Shown here piece after piece: positions 44,426-54,458 of a stretch of 64,000 nucleotides of DNA; the first letter of the stretch is position 1; every line of letters starts with the position of its first letter. The stretch lies in the IMG/VR virus record IMGVR_UViG_3300035182_001904; one strand, 5' to 3'. The stretch is from a virus. A program made the translations under genes and the position numbers. The notes beneath the pieces were generated by a model. The model ran no database searches. It worked only from the letters and a program-made list of their open reading frames with translations, and had not been told where the DNA came from.

Positions 44426-45696
44426 CGGACGTGCTCGAACTGGCCGTGCGTCACGGCGTTGGTCGCTTCGTCGAGAAGCGCGCAGGCGTCATGCTGCCTC
44501 TTGCAGTGGGTGCGATGATCCCGGGCATCGTGCACAAGGCGATCGATCGTGCACACTCGACGGAGCAACAGCTCAACCGCGCCGAGTACAACCCGATGAA
44601 GACGGCCGCGGCGAACCCGTGGTCAGCGATCCTCGGACACATGCTCGGTCAGGGCGCGAGTGCGACAGGACAAGCCATCGGAGGCAACATCGCGCACGCA
44701 GGTCGCGAGATGTCAGGCCAGGGCGCCGAGTTCGGAGCTGGCGGTGCGAGCGGCCTCAAGGGCAGCTTCGGACAGCTCGGGGCATCGCCCGTAACGGGCG
44801 TCGCACAAGGCATCTCGGGCGGCATCGGCGACCTCATCAAACGCAAGATCACCGGACGCGAATTCGGTGAGAAGAAGGATCCGTTCTCCATGGGAGCGGG
44901 CGCGGCCATCCAGACGTTCGGCAAGGAGATGGGCACCACCGGCGCCAACCTCCTGCGCGACATGGCCAACAAGGCGATGGAGACCGCAAGCCATGCCGGA
45001 GACGAGGCCGCACGTCAAGCCATCTTGGGTGAGCTGAAGAAGACCGACTCGGTCCTCGCCAACGCGGACGACAAGACGCTCATGGAGGCCTACCACACGA
45101 TGTCTCGCTTCGCGCCGGTGCTCTCGACCGACAAGAATGCAGTACGGTCGTTCCTGCGTCAGGCTGTGATGTCGGGCTCGGGTCCGGACTACATGTCGAT
45201 CAAGCTGCTCGCGGATTCGGAACGCGCGGTGACCGGCGGCAACGACAAGCGCGCCATGGTGCTGCCGCCCGCGCTCGCCGAACTGCTTCCCTCGCTCGGC
45301 CGAGGAGCGTTGATGGGCGGCGGTGTCGGCGCAATCAGCGGTGCGCTTGCTGACAAGGACGACCGAGCCGGCGGCGCGATGCGCGGCGCTCTCGGCGGTG
45401 CAGCCGCGGGCGGGCTCGGCGGCGCATTGCACACGCACATGAACAAGGCGCCTGAAGCGTCGACACATCAAGGCTACGCTCGCGGCGTGGTTCCCAACCG
45501 ACAACCGCGCGAGGAGTGGCCCCTTACTGCGCTCCGCGATCTGCACCCCTATCCAGCAGGCAACACCGGCGGTGACCTCAAGAACCTGAAGTACGACGGA
45601 CAGGTCCACTCCGACAACCATCGCTGGGTGACGCCTCCCGTCCAGGATCTCGCGCGCGACCTCGAAAAACTGCAACTGCCTGGAGGCAACTCGTGA
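44416..45696 (+). CDS. Gly-rich modular protein with K-x-A-delimited segments
   Basis: GTG at 44416 overlaps the previous stop. EKRA|G, MKTAA|AN and DKRA|M boundaries, plus a glycine-zipper hairpin. Confidence 0.72.
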   Translation: MQLADVLELAVRHGVGRFVEKRAGVMLPLAVGAMIPGIVHKAIDRAHSTEQQLNRAEYNPMKTAAANPWSAILGHMLGQGASATGQAIGGNIAHAGREMSGQGAEFGAGGASGLKGSFGQLGASPVTGVAQGISGGIGDLIKRKITGREFGEKKDPFSMGAGAAIQTFGKEMGTTGANLLRDMANKAMETASHAGDEAARQAILGELKKTDSVLANADDKTLMEAYHTMSRFAPVLSTDKNAVRSFLRQAVMSGSGPDYMSIKLLADSERAVTGGNDKRAMVLPPALAELLPSLGRGALMGGGVGAISGALADKDDRAGGAMRGALGGAAAGGLGGALHTHMNKAPEASTHQGYARGVVPNRQPREEWPLTALRDLHPYPAGNTGGDLKNLKYDGQVHSDNHRWVTPPVQDLARDLEKLQLPGGNS

Positions 45697-46139
45697 CCCT
45701 CGATGACCTCATCCCTCCGCACGTCACCTCCGCCGTCCGTGACCTCGGCCTCCACAAGGTCGCCGGCGCGATGCTCGGCGTTCCCGAGCTGACGATCAAG
45801 GAAGCCGTCGCGACGATCGGCATGAAGGCCTTCGTGCGTCGCAAGGAAGCGCGCGCAATCGCAGATGGCATCGCCGCGTACGCCACGCTCACCAACGAGA
45901 AGATCGCCGAGAGCCCCGCGCTCATGGCGCTGCTTCGCCGTGCCGCGATGCCGGCTGCTGCCGGTGCAGGCATCGGCATGGCACCGCACTTCCTGTCGAG
46001 CGATCCGTACGAGCAGCAGAAGAGCGCGGTCCCCGCGGGCGCTCTCGGCGCTCTGCTCGGCGGCCTGACCGGCATCGCTTCTGGGATGCACGGCCTCCCG
46101 CCGGAACTCAGCCAGGGAGTCGCGCAAGCGCTTCGCTGA
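45693..46139 (+). CDS. Small glycine-zipper protein
   Basis: KVAG and KIAE followed by a hydrophobic GxxxG hairpin. Confidence 0.72.
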   Translation: MTLDDLIPPHVTSAVRDLGLHKVAGAMLGVPELTIKEAVATIGMKAFVRRKEARAIADGIAAYATLTNEKIAESPALMALLRRAAMPAAAGAGIGMAPHFLSSDPYEQQKSAVPAGALGALLGGLTGIASGMHGLPPELSQGVAQALR

Positions 46140-46141
46140 TC

Positions 46142-46711
46142 ATGACACCCTTCACACAAGCCCTCGAGACGTCGGTCTTCCTCGCCGAGAAGATCGCGTC
46201 CGCGCGTCCTGCAAGCGCCACGCTGCGTGAGAAGCTCGCGATGGCGGACTTCGCCGCGTTCGGGTTGTTCAAGCGTGCAGCGTTCGACCCCGCGGCGCTC
46301 TCTGCGTTGCAGAAGGGGTTGGGATGGGGTGTCGGTCTCGGCGTGCCTGCGCTTGGCGTCGGACACATGATGCTCGGCGATGCAAAGCGCCACAGCGCCG
46401 ACGTTCTACGTGACGCACGCAACCAGGCGCTTCTGACAGCCGCCGGTGTCGGAAGCATGCAGGCCCTCGGTGACATCTTTCGTGGAGGCCCCAAGCCGTC
46501 GCAATCGAGCGGCCTGGGGTCGATGGTAGACACGGGAATGTCGCCAGCCACGACGACGGCGCAGAAGCTCGCGGCTGCGATCATGGTCGATGACGTGCTT
46601 GAAGACGGCTGCTATCTGCTCGACGACCCAAGCCTCAAGCACGCGATGCTCGTCCAGCTCGTTCGCCATCGCAGCGATGCGACCAGCCTACTGCGGAGCC
46701 TTCTGCCGTGA
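46142..46711 (+). CDS. Hypothetical protein with hydrophobic Gly-rich segment
   Basis: KIAS, KLA, KRAA and KLAA flank GLGWGVGLGVPALG. Confidence 0.72.
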   Translation: MTPFTQALETSVFLAEKIASARPASATLREKLAMADFAAFGLFKRAAFDPAALSALQKGLGWGVGLGVPALGVGHMMLGDAKRHSADVLRDARNQALLTAAGVGSMQALGDIFRGGPKPSQSSGLGSMVDTGMSPATTTAQKLAAAIMVDDVLEDGCYLLDDPSLKHAMLVQLVRHRSDATSLLRSLLP

Positions 46712-49545
46712 AGAAGATCATCGAGCTGGACGACTACTTCCCGACGGGAGAGCCGACAGTGCAGACCGTGCTCACCTGGAACAACGGGCGCAGCGTCGAC
46801 ACCAGCCGCATCACGAAGTACGCGTCCGAGGCGCTCGACTACATCAAGGCGGTCGCGCCCGAACCGGGCAAGACGTCGCTCCTTCTCAACGCTCTCGGCG
46901 CCGAAGAGACCTACGGCCCGAACCGCAACGGTGACGGGTTCCCCGAGTTCCCTGTTCCCGCGCGTGGCAAGATCGCGTCTGTCGATCGCCGCTGGTTCGT
47001 GCCGCCCGGTGAAGAGCTGACCGAGCACTACGCGTCGTTCGAGAAGAACCCTGCCCACGCTTTCAAGCACCACGTGAACCGAGATCCGTCCAAAGCGTCC
47101 GGCGTGGTCAAGAAGGCGTTCTGGAACCCGCGCATGCACCGCGTGGAGCTGCTCGTCTCGGTCGACAACGACAAGGACCCCGAGTGGGTCAAGCGCGCCA
47201 GCGACGGTGAGTTCGTGCCTGTATCCATGGGCTGTTTCCTCGCGGGGGCCAAGGTCACGATGGCCGACGGCACCCAGAAGTGCATCGAAGACGTGCTGGT
47301 CGGTGACGAGGTAGTCACGCACCGGGGACGTGTGCGTCGCGTACTCGAGACACACAAGCGTCCGTATCGCGGGAACGTCTACACGATCCGTGCGGAAGCG
47401 CATCCGGAGATTAACGCAACCGAAGAACATCCGTTCTTCGCGACGCCGCTCGAGAGCGTCAAGCGTTTTCAGCCTGGGGGCGCGAAGTGGAAGTGGCGGG
47501 ACGATGCCAAGGTGCAGGGTGATTGGACGCACGCGAACTGTCTCGATGACCAGCTCCTGCTTGCACCCATCGATCGGACAGAGACGTCGCCCGAGTACCT
47601 GACCCGCGCGTTCGCACGCCTGTTCGGCTACTACCTTGCCGAAGGTCACATCATCTGGCGCGACGGCGCGCCCTACGCCATCGAGCTGACAACGCACAAG
47701 GACGACGCGGTCCACGGCGAGATTGCTGCGCTGTGCGCCGAGTTCGGAACACGAAACGCGCCCTGGACGTTCGAACGCAAGAACACGTCCGAGGCGCGCG
47801 GCATTCTGGTCTGTGACGATCGTCTTGCGGCCCTGTGTTACACGCACGGCAGCGCCTTGGCGAAGACCAAGCAGTTGTCACCGGCGGCAATGCAGTGGAA
47901 CACGGCGATGCAGCGCGAGATGTTCGGCGCGTACGCCAACGGCGACGGGTGCGGACGTGACGGGTGGCTCAAGATTTCAACGGCGTCGGACGCGCTCGCC
48001 GCGCAGTGGACGCGCATGTTGCCGCGTTTGGGCATCCTCGCCTCGTGCAATCAACTCACCCACAAAGCGGGCAGCGGCTTCAGCGCGACAGACACGTACG
48101 AATGGGTCGTCCACATCGGCGCACAATGGGCCCATCGACTGCGAGGGGTCTGCGCCAAGGTGGTGGCGCACGAAGTCCTGGCCAAGAAGGAAAGCCGGAA
48201 AATCGTCGACGAGTACGTTTGCACCCCCATCCGCGAGATCGACGCGCGTTACATGGAGACGGACGTCTACAATCTAGAGGTCGAGGAAGACGAGAGCTAC
48301 CTCATCGAGGGGCTAGCGGTTCACAACTGTCGCATCAAGCGCGATGTCTGCGCCCGTTGTGGCAACGAAGCGCCCACGCGCGCGGACTACTGCGATCACG
48401 TGAAGTTCGCGATGAACCAGGTCGACGAGAACGGGTTCAAGGACTACGTCCACAACCCCTCGCCCGACTTCTTCGACATCTCGCGCGTGTTCCGTCCCGC
48501 CGATCGCACCGGCTACACGCTCAAGAAGGTCGCCTACGTTCACGAGGTACGGCTCTCCGCAGAGCTTGGAGCGATCGCGGAGCGTCTCGCGCTCAAGAGT
48601 GGTGCATCGCAAAAACTCTCCGACATCGACAAGGTGATCCGCGCCGAGCCTCTCGCCTCGAGCACGCTCACGCCTGACGAGCGGTCGTTCATCGTGAAGT
48701 TCCGTGATCACGCAGGCCCCAAGCTCGCGTCGTCCGAGAACATCAACACAAACCAGCTGCTCATGTACCCACTTGGTGAAGTGCTCAGCGCTGCAGCGAC
48801 CAACGGCGTTGTCTTCAAGGACGCCGAGTTCATTGCGCTTGCATCTACCAAGCTTGCCGGTCAGATATTGCAGCTGTCTCCGTACACGCTTGCCAAGGTG
48901 GCTGCAGCCGCGCGTTGGTCGCTCAACATATTCGCTGACCGTCCAGAGATTCTGGACGAGCTGATCGAGAGTAGCGCGCTCGAGTCGTCGAAGATCGCGA
49001 ACACCTTGATGCCGTTCTTCGCGAACGTTCGCGAGAAGCGCGCGTACGCTGGCGAGATGCTCTACCGACGGCTCGTGCCCGAGGGCATCGGTCTTCGTCC
49101 TGATGCGGCGCCGACGACGGACGTGCTACACACGCCGTACGGTGACACCACACGCGGTGCTGCGATCGATGCACAAGACGCGGTCACGCGTGCGCATGTC
49201 GGCAAGGTTCTCGGTGGAACGGGTTTGCTGTTGGGCGGCTACAAGGCGCTCACCGCGTTCCCGTGGATGCGCAAGTTCAAGGTGCCGCTTGCCGTCGGTA
49301 CGACGGCTCTCGGTGCAGCAACGCTGGGCAAGCGCCCAGGTGGAACGATGCGCACTGACGAAGGCTACGACATCCCCGACATCACCGAGCTGTCAGCAAA
49401 GACTGCGTCGCAAGCAGCGATCGTCCATCTCATCGAATGCGCGCAACCGAAGGCGCGCGGGTTCGATTTCTCGAGTATCAAGATCTCGTCCCTGGCAACT
49501 TTGGATCAGGTGGCGGAAGCTCTCGGTTCCATCGTCTTGACTTGA
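46708..49545 (+). CDS. Probable prohead (capsid maturation) protease with Zn finger, containing an intein
   Basis: FKHHVNRDP..VSMG|C..CARCGN..CDH pattern, located upstream of scaffold-like genes and the capsid gene. Confidence 0.7.
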   Translation: MKKIIELDDYFPTGEPTVQTVLTWNNGRSVDTSRITKYASEALDYIKAVAPEPGKTSLLLNALGAEETYGPNRNGDGFPEFPVPARGKIASVDRRWFVPPGEELTEHYASFEKNPAHAFKHHVNRDPSKASGVVKKAFWNPRMHRVELLVSVDNDKDPEWVKRASDGEFVPVSMGCFLAGAKVTMADGTQKCIEDVLVGDEVVTHRGRVRRVLETHKRPYRGNVYTIRAEAHPEINATEEHPFFATPLESVKRFQPGGAKWKWRDDAKVQGDWTHANCLDDQLLLAPIDRTETSPEYLTRAFARLFGYYLAEGHIIWRDGAPYAIELTTHKDDAVHGEIAALCAEFGTRNAPWTFERKNTSEARGILVCDDRLAALCYTHGSALAKTKQLSPAAMQWNTAMQREMFGAYANGDGCGRDGWLKISTASDALAAQWTRMLPRLGILASCNQLTHKAGSGFSATDTYEWVVHIGAQWAHRLRGVCAKVVAHEVLAKKESRKIVDEYVCTPIREIDARYMETDVYNLEVEEDESYLIEGLAVHNCRIKRDVCARCGNEAPTRADYCDHVKFAMNQVDENGFKDYVHNPSPDFFDISRVFRPADRTGYTLKKVAYVHEVRLSAELGAIAERLALKSGASQKLSDIDKVIRAEPLASSTLTPDERSFIVKFRDHAGPKLASSENINTNQLLMYPLGEVLSAAATNGVVFKDAEFIALASTKLAGQILQLSPYTLAKVAAAARWSLNIFADRPEILDELIESSALESSKIANTLMPFFANVREKRAYAGEMLYRRLVPEGIGLRPDAAPTTDVLHTPYGDTTRGAAIDAQDAVTRAHVGKVLGGTGLLLGGYKALTAFPWMRKFKVPLAVGTTALGAATLGKRPGGTMRTDEGYDIPDITELSAKTASQAAIVHLIECAQPKARGFDFSSIKISSLATLDQVAEALGSIVLT
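47233..48327 (+). mobile_element. Intein with LAGLIDADG homing endonuclease (365 aa)
   Basis: VSMG|CFLAGAKVTMADG ... TEEHPFF ... VYNLEVEEDESY..VHN|C. LAGLIDADG blocks LFGYYLAEG and AYANGDG. Confidence 0.95.
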
Positions 49546-49547
49546 AT

Positions 49548-49576
49548 TTGTTTTTCCGCGCACGGCCCACTATCAT
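49548..49576 (+). promoter_or_regulatory. Promoter candidate TTGTTT-17-TATCAT for the scaffold/capsid operon
   Basis: TTGTTT at 49548-49553, TATCAT at 49571-49576, GGAGA SD, ATG at 49603. Confidence 0.5.
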
Positions 49577-49602
49577 TTTCACCGTAACGGAGACGGCAAT
49601 CC

Positions 49603-50175
49603 ATGAAGCTCTCAAACGCACTCGGGATGATCAAAGGCGGCGAGAAGACCGCGAGCGCGTCTGCGCCCACCGGATCTGCGTCTCCAACCACAGACGCCGG
49701 CGAGCGTCTGAAGCAAGCGCTCAAGGAAGCGACCGCTCCGGCGGTGCAGTCCAAGACCGCGAGCCAGACTTCGCCGATCGAAGACCTCACCAAGATCGCG
49801 GCTGACCTGAGCAAGGCCGAGCACGAGGCCCTCGCCAAGGAGGCGCAGCTCTATGGCGCCGCCATGTGCGACGGCTTCATGGCTCGCGCGTCTCAGTACA
49901 AGGAGGCGGCCGACAAGGCCGCGCCCCTCGCGAAGACCGCCGCAGTCGCAGGAGGGTCATCGGACTTCGAGAAGTTCGCTGCCGAGAACCCGGACCTCGT
50001 GAAGGAAGCGGCCACCCTCGGCTACACGTCCACGATGGGTCAGCTCGAAAAGCTGGCCGAGTCGGCGTACGCCAAGGGCTGGAACGACACGGTCGAGCAG
50101 ATCCACAAGGTGGCGAGCGAGTCCTTCGTCGCCGGCTTCCGTGACACTCTTCAGCTGATCGAGGGCGCTCGCTGA
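49603..50175 (+). CDS. Scaffold-like helical protein, K-x-A rich
   Basis: KTAS x2, KIAA, KTAA, KFAA, KEAA, KLAE and KVAS. Sits between the protease and capsid genes. Confidence 0.75.
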   Translation: MKLSNALGMIKGGEKTASASAPTGSASPTTDAGERLKQALKEATAPAVQSKTASQTSPIEDLTKIAADLSKAEHEALAKEAQLYGAAMCDGFMARASQYKEAADKAAPLAKTAAVAGGSSDFEKFAAENPDLVKEAATLGYTSTMGQLEKLAESAYAKGWNDTVEQIHKVASESFVAGFRDTLQLIEGAR

Positions 50176-50178
50176 GCC

Positions 50179-50451
50179 ATGGCTGACGTGGTTCACATCG
50201 ACGCGCTCGCTCGCCTCAAGCAGGCAGCGGAAGCGAAGACGGCCGCGGATCCCGCGCTCGTCAAGGCGTTGCTTGGTGGTGGTGCGTTGCTTGGCGGCGG
50301 TGCCCTTGGCGCCGGCCTCATGCATGCCCATGACGAAGCCGCGCGCGAACGCGCCAAGAACACAGGCTTCGGCGCAGGGATTGCGACTGGCATGGCCGGG
50401 CCGCAGATCATCGACGCGCTGCACGCCGTGATGCATCGAGGCGCGCCGTGA
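50179..50451 (+). CDS. Small glycine-zipper protein
   Basis: KQAA..KTAA|DPALVKALLGGGALLGGGALG. Confidence 0.72.
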   Translation: MADVVHIDALARLKQAAEAKTAADPALVKALLGGGALLGGGALGAGLMHAHDEAARERAKNTGFGAGIATGMAGPQIIDALHAVMHRGAP

Positions 50452-50663
50452 ACCGCACGCATCAACACCTATCGCTCGTCGTGGACGAGGTGCTCGCGGA
50501 AGCGAACGCCGCGTCCCATCGCAAGACGGCCGAGACGCATGCGATCAAAGTCGCAGCGGCACAACCCAAGACCGAGACGGCGCGCGGTCTGCGCGCCCTC
50601 GCCGACGAAGTTCGTACCGCATCGAGCGACGTGTCGTACGATGATCTCATGGGGGCCCTGTGA
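50448..50663 (+). CDS. Small helical protein
   Basis: GTGA-coupled, contains KTAE and KVAA. Confidence 0.65.
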   Translation: MNRTHQHLSLVVDEVLAEANAASHRKTAETHAIKVAAAQPKTETARGLRALADEVRTASSDVSYDDLMGAL

Positions 50664-50815
50664 AGGAATCCGAGATGCTTCGTACGATCGCAAGTGACCT
50701 GCGTGCGCAGGGCTTGAAGCAAGCCGAAGACCGCAAGATCAAGGCGGCCAGCGTGCTCGTCGCAGCGACGGGTTTCGGCATGCTGCGTTCCAAGCTCGGA
50801 GGCGCTCGTGGTTGA
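50660..50815 (+). CDS. Small protein (51 aa, not in ORF track)
   Basis: GTGA-coupled. MKESEMLRTIASDLRAQGLKQAEDRKIKAASVLVAATGFGMLRSKLGGARG. Confidence 0.55.
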   Translation: MKESEMLRTIASDLRAQGLKQAEDRKIKAASVLVAATGFGMLRSKLGGARG

Positions 50816-51164
50816 TCACACCAAGCTCGCGGCGGTCTTCGATGCCATGGCCGACTATGTCGACCAGGTCGAGACTGAGAAGACCTCATCGGTCGCAGCC
50901 GCACGTCAGGTGCGTCTCGACAAGATCGCCACGGCACACGCCGTGGCACACGGAGAAGAGCTGCCGGACATCGCCCGGCAGAAGCTCGCGAAGGCCGACG
51001 ACGCGACTCTCGATGTGGTCGAGGACTTGCTCTCCAAGCAAGCCGGCGTCGTCACTCCCCTCGGCGGCGGCGTTTCGGCCGACGACGATCTCCAACCCAA
51101 GACCCCCAAGCAAGCAGCTGATGCGGCGGACGAACGATTCGTCAGCTGGATCGTTTCCTCGTAG
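50808..51164 (+). CDS. Scaffold-like helical protein
   Basis: 118 aa, ending DAADERFVSWIVSS, immediately before the decoration and capsid genes. Confidence 0.7.
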   Translation: MVDHTKLAAVFDAMADYVDQVETEKTSSVAAARQVRLDKIATAHAVAHGEELPDIARQKLAKADDATLDVVEDLLSKQAGVVTPLGGGVSADDDLQPKTPKQAADAADERFVSWIVSS

Positions 51165-51187
51165 CGCATTCCCGGAGGCAGACTCAG

Positions 51188-51652
51188 ATGATCCTGAACA
51201 GCAAGTTCGACGTTCTGCGCGGTTGGCCCCGTGAAGGTGCAATCGACGAATCCTTCACCATCAAGCAGACGGTGCCCGGCACCGACGACGCCCTGCCTCT
51301 GGGCACGGTCGTGTTCGTCGATACCGACGGCACAGCCAAGGCTGCATCCACCCCGAACCGCGCGGCCGCCAACGCCGTCGCGACCTGGGTCGTGGTCGCC
51401 GGCAACGACGACTTCTCGTCGCAGTTCGTCCACAAGGTCGTCGGTCTCCGCTCGAACGCAGAGTTCAAGCTCGACCCGGCGAACTTCAACGCGGGCACGT
51501 ACACCCCGGGCGTCAAGCTGACGTTCGTCTCCGGCAAGTGGCAGCCCGCTGTCGCCGGCAACCAGATCATCGGCGAGGTTCTCCAGGACCTCACCGCGAC
51601 GGACGGCACGATCGTCGTCTTCTACACCGGCGGCGACGCCAACTCGTTCTAG
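51188..51652 (+). CDS. Probable capsid decoration/cement protein
   Basis: 154-aa beta-rich protein directly upstream of the capsid gene. GGAGG RBS. Confidence 0.55.
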   Translation: MILNSKFDVLRGWPREGAIDESFTIKQTVPGTDDALPLGTVVFVDTDGTAKAASTPNRAAANAVATWVVVAGNDDFSSQFVHKVVGLRSNAEFKLDPANFNAGTYTPGVKLTFVSGKWQPAVAGNQIIGEVLQDLTATDGTIVVFYTGGDANSF

Positions 51653-51679
51653 TCCACCTGGGTCAAGGAGAACCACACA

Positions 51680-52618
51680 ATGTCGGCAGCGTACAAGACA
51701 CAGACCCAGCAGGTTTCTAATCAGTTCATCAACTCGAACTTCGTCCGCAAGGTCGAAGACGGGCGGACGAAGGAGGCAGCGGCCGAGGGTACGGCGTTCA
51801 TTCGCCAGAAGCTCCGTCAGGAGTCCTTCGCACGCGAGATCATCGAGCCCGTCATGCTGGCGGACGACGAGATCGACCGTGACGAGAACACCGACCAGCC
51901 CAAGAAGATCGTCGAGAAGGAGCCCGACTCCGTCGCCACGTTCGTGCCGTTCAACGGCACGGCGCAGCGTACGTGGTTCCGTGGCAAGCGCTTCTCGGTC
52001 TACTTCGGCAAGACCGAGTCGCAGCGGTACACCAAGAACAAGTTCGAGCTGATGACGTATCAGAACGACATCCGCAAGATCCTGTCGGACAACTCCGTCA
52101 AGGACATGGCGGACCAGGAAGACCAGAAGTTCCTGGACACCATCAACGCGATCATCGCGCTGAACCTCGCGACGCAACGCACCCTCGCGGGCGCGTTCAA
52201 CTCGAGCGCGTTCAAGCTCGGCTTCCAGGGCCTCGTCAACCGGCGCCAGCCGATCGGCAAGCTCCTGATGTCGAAGTCGACGTACTACGAGGCCCTCGAC
52301 CTGCCGGCGACCTCCGTCGGCAACGACGTGGCGTCGCGGCACTACGACATGGGCATCGAGGCCGAGGAGAAGCTGTGGGGCATCCCCGTGGTTTCGACCA
52401 TCAAGCGCGAGATCGTCGACGACGTCGCCGGTTCGACTCGCCGCTCGGTCTACGTGTTCGCGCCGCAGAACTACCTCGGCGTGTTCTTCCTCCTGCAGGA
52501 TGCGACCCTGTACATCAAGCAGGAAGCCGACATCATCGAGTTCTGGAGCTACGCAGCGCCGGGCATCGGCATCGGCAACACGCTGGCGACCCAGCGCATC
52601 GACCTGCCGTTCGCCTGA
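51680..52618 (+). CDS. Major capsid protein (probable HK97 fold)
   Basis: 312 aa, strong AAGGAG RBS, very biased codon usage, followed by a hairpin and neck genes. Segments IRQKLRQESFAREII..KIVEKEPDS and EFWSY..GIGIGN. Confidence 0.75.
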   Translation: MSAAYKTQTQQVSNQFINSNFVRKVEDGRTKEAAAEGTAFIRQKLRQESFAREIIEPVMLADDEIDRDENTDQPKKIVEKEPDSVATFVPFNGTAQRTWFRGKRFSVYFGKTESQRYTKNKFELMTYQNDIRKILSDNSVKDMADQEDQKFLDTINAIIALNLATQRTLAGAFNSSAFKLGFQGLVNRRQPIGKLLMSKSTYYEALDLPATSVGNDVASRHYDMGIEAEEKLWGIPVVSTIKREIVDDVAGSTRRSVYVFAPQNYLGVFFLLQDATLYIKQEADIIEFWSYAAPGIGIGNTLATQRIDLPFA

Positions 52619-52647
52619 ACAACATCCCTGCCCCAGGGTAGGCTGAG

Positions 52648-52690
52648 GCCTTCTTCCTCCCTTGTTCGGGGATTCAGGAAGAAGGCTTTC
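52648..52690 (+). terminator. Long hairpin after the capsid gene (terminator or processing/stability element)
   Basis: GCCTTCTTCCT(52648-52658)/AGGAAGAAGGC(52676-52686) perfect 11-bp stem followed by TTTC. Confidence 0.55.
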
Positions 52691-52712
52691 GTCGTTTCAC
52701 CCTTGGAGAACC

Positions 52713-53138
52713 ATGTCGAATCTGATCATCAAGAACACGCAAGCGAGCACCCTCGATCTGACGCCGATGCGCGACGTGTTCGACGTCATCGTCGTGCTTC
52801 GGCCTGCGGGAACGAAGGGAGACTCGCGTGAGATCTCCGAGGAGACCGCAAGCCACGAGATCGTCGAGCGTGTGATGAAGGCGCGCTGGGTCTCGCTGGA
52901 AGCGGTTGACACGGGCGCACCGTCTGCGCCGACCGAGGTCCCCCGTACGCCTGTCGAGAACGTGGCCGTCGCGGCGACCGTGGAGTCTGCGCCCACCCCC
53001 GCCCCCGAACCTGTCGAGGACGAGCCTGAGCCTGAGATCGAAGCCGAACCCGCGCCCGAGCCTGTGCCCGAGCCCATGCCCGTGCCTGCACCGACGGAGA
53101 CGTCCGCGTCCTCCAAGCCCCGCCAGTCCCGCAAGTAG
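52713..53138 (+). CDS. Hypothetical protein with Pro/Glu-rich tail
   Basis: GGAGA RBS, ATG at 52713 (MSNLIIKN). Confidence 0.7.
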   Translation: MSNLIIKNTQASTLDLTPMRDVFDVIVVLRPAGTKGDSREISEETASHEIVERVMKARWVSLEAVDTGAPSAPTEVPRTPVENVAVAATVESAPTPAPEPVEDEPEPEIEAEPAPEPVPEPMPVPAPTETSASSKPRQSRK

Positions 53139-53167
53139 TCCTCGAGCCGCTACAATAGAGGCACCCC

Positions 53168-53674
53168 ATGGCTTCCCCTTCGATCACCGTTGTCACGTCG
53201 CGCACCGCGCAGTCCATCTCGACGGCGATCCAACAACAGGTCGCCACCGGGAAGAAGTTCACGGGGGTACTGCCGCAAGCAGGTGCTGTGCGCGCGGACA
53301 GCCCCGTGCAGCCCGGCAACAGCTGCTACAAGTACGCGTCGCTCGCAGCAGACGGCGGGGGGCTGTTCTTCTGGAACAACGTCGAGTCCCTGGTCTGCAG
53401 CCAGATCCATGTGGACCTGGGTGCTGCGGGGGACATCACCGTGTCGCTCGTGAACCTCGATCCGACGAAAATCAACGATGACCAGCCCGCTATCCTGGCG
53501 GGCGAGTCGATCATCATCGAGCAATCGACGGGCGTGCGCTTCATCGCGCTCGACGAAGCGCGCTTCAAGACGATCCTCCTGCCGTACCAAGCAATCCAGA
53601 TCGTGACGACGGCGACTGCGGGCGCACAAATCGCGCAGGTCGTGGCCAGCCTCGAGAAGACGTACGTGCGCTGA
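53168..53674 (+). CDS. Virion structural protein (unassigned)
   Basis: 168 aa, beta-rich. GCTACAAT (53149-53156) and AGAGG lie upstream. Confidence 0.72.
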   Translation: MASPSITVVTSRTAQSISTAIQQQVATGKKFTGVLPQAGAVRADSPVQPGNSCYKYASLAADGGGLFFWNNVESLVCSQIHVDLGAAGDITVSLVNLDPTKINDDQPAILAGESIIIEQSTGVRFIALDEARFKTILLPYQAIQIVTTATAGAQIAQVVASLEKTYVR

Positions 53675-54153
53675 TGCCGATCGTCGGCACACCCACAACG
53701 CCGACAGTGGTCTCCAAAGACCAAGTCCGCATGTTTATGCGCGACTACGCGAACAACAACATCTTGTTGGATGACGTACAGTTCACGGATGCAGAACTGA
53801 ACCTGGCGCTCGAGATGACGGTGAGTTCGTTCAATACGGTGACGCCGCAGACGAACTTCACGCCGTCGTCGTTCCCTACACATCTACGGTATCTGCTGCT
53901 TGTGGGCACGACCCGCTTTCTGCTCATGAGCGAGTCGTTCATGCAGGTCAGAAACCAGGCGACCGTGCAAGATGGCGACATCTCGCCGATCGGCATTTCT
54001 GACAAGGCTGCGCTCTACGCGCAACTCGCACAACAACTCAAGGGCGAGTGGGATGAACTGACGCGCGGCGTGAAGACACAGAACAACATGGAGAGCGCGT
54101 ATGCGACCCTGGGTTCTGGGTATCGCAACGTGAGCCGGTTCAACAAGTCATGA
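53674..54153 (+). CDS. Probable head-tail adaptor
   Basis: VSKDQVRMFMRD..FTDAELNLAL pattern and post-capsid position. Confidence 0.55.
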   Translation: MPIVGTPTTPTVVSKDQVRMFMRDYANNNILLDDVQFTDAELNLALEMTVSSFNTVTPQTNFTPSSFPTHLRYLLLVGTTRFLLMSESFMQVRNQATVQDGDISPIGISDKAALYAQLAQQLKGEWDELTRGVKTQNNMESAYATLGSGYRNVSRFNKS

Positions 54154-54443
54154 CGCTCGTTGCTGCATATACACAAGGCAAGAACGCAGCGCTTGCGCAT
54201 TTCAAGCTCGCTAACTCGATGGGCGCGAATGCAGGCGTGCAGCCGCGGGGCGATGAGTTCAGCCATGGCACCGAGCGCATCCCGTACGCACACCGCGAAA
54301 CACCCGGAGACGGGGCTCACACGGAAGCCGCAAGTAACGCCCGCGCGAACATGCCCGCCTGGCTGTGGGACCACTTCACGACCTACGACAACATTGCGCC
54401 GGGACGTGCGGATGGGTCGTTCGGACAAGAGGTCATCGGGTGA
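54150..54443 (+). CDS. Small shared-motif protein
   Basis: MTLVAAYTQGKNAALAHFKLAN... Confidence 0.72.
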   Translation: MTLVAAYTQGKNAALAHFKLANSMGANAGVQPRGDEFSHGTERIPYAHRETPGDGAHTEAASNARANMPAWLWDHFTTYDNIAPGRADGSFGQEVIG

Positions 54444-54450
54444 AATTCGC

Positions 54451-54458
54451 CCTATAAT
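54451..54458 (+). promoter_or_regulatory. CCTATAAT -10-like element, leaderless-type
   Basis: TATAAT at 54453-54458, ATG at 54465 (6-nt gap). Confidence 0.62.
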
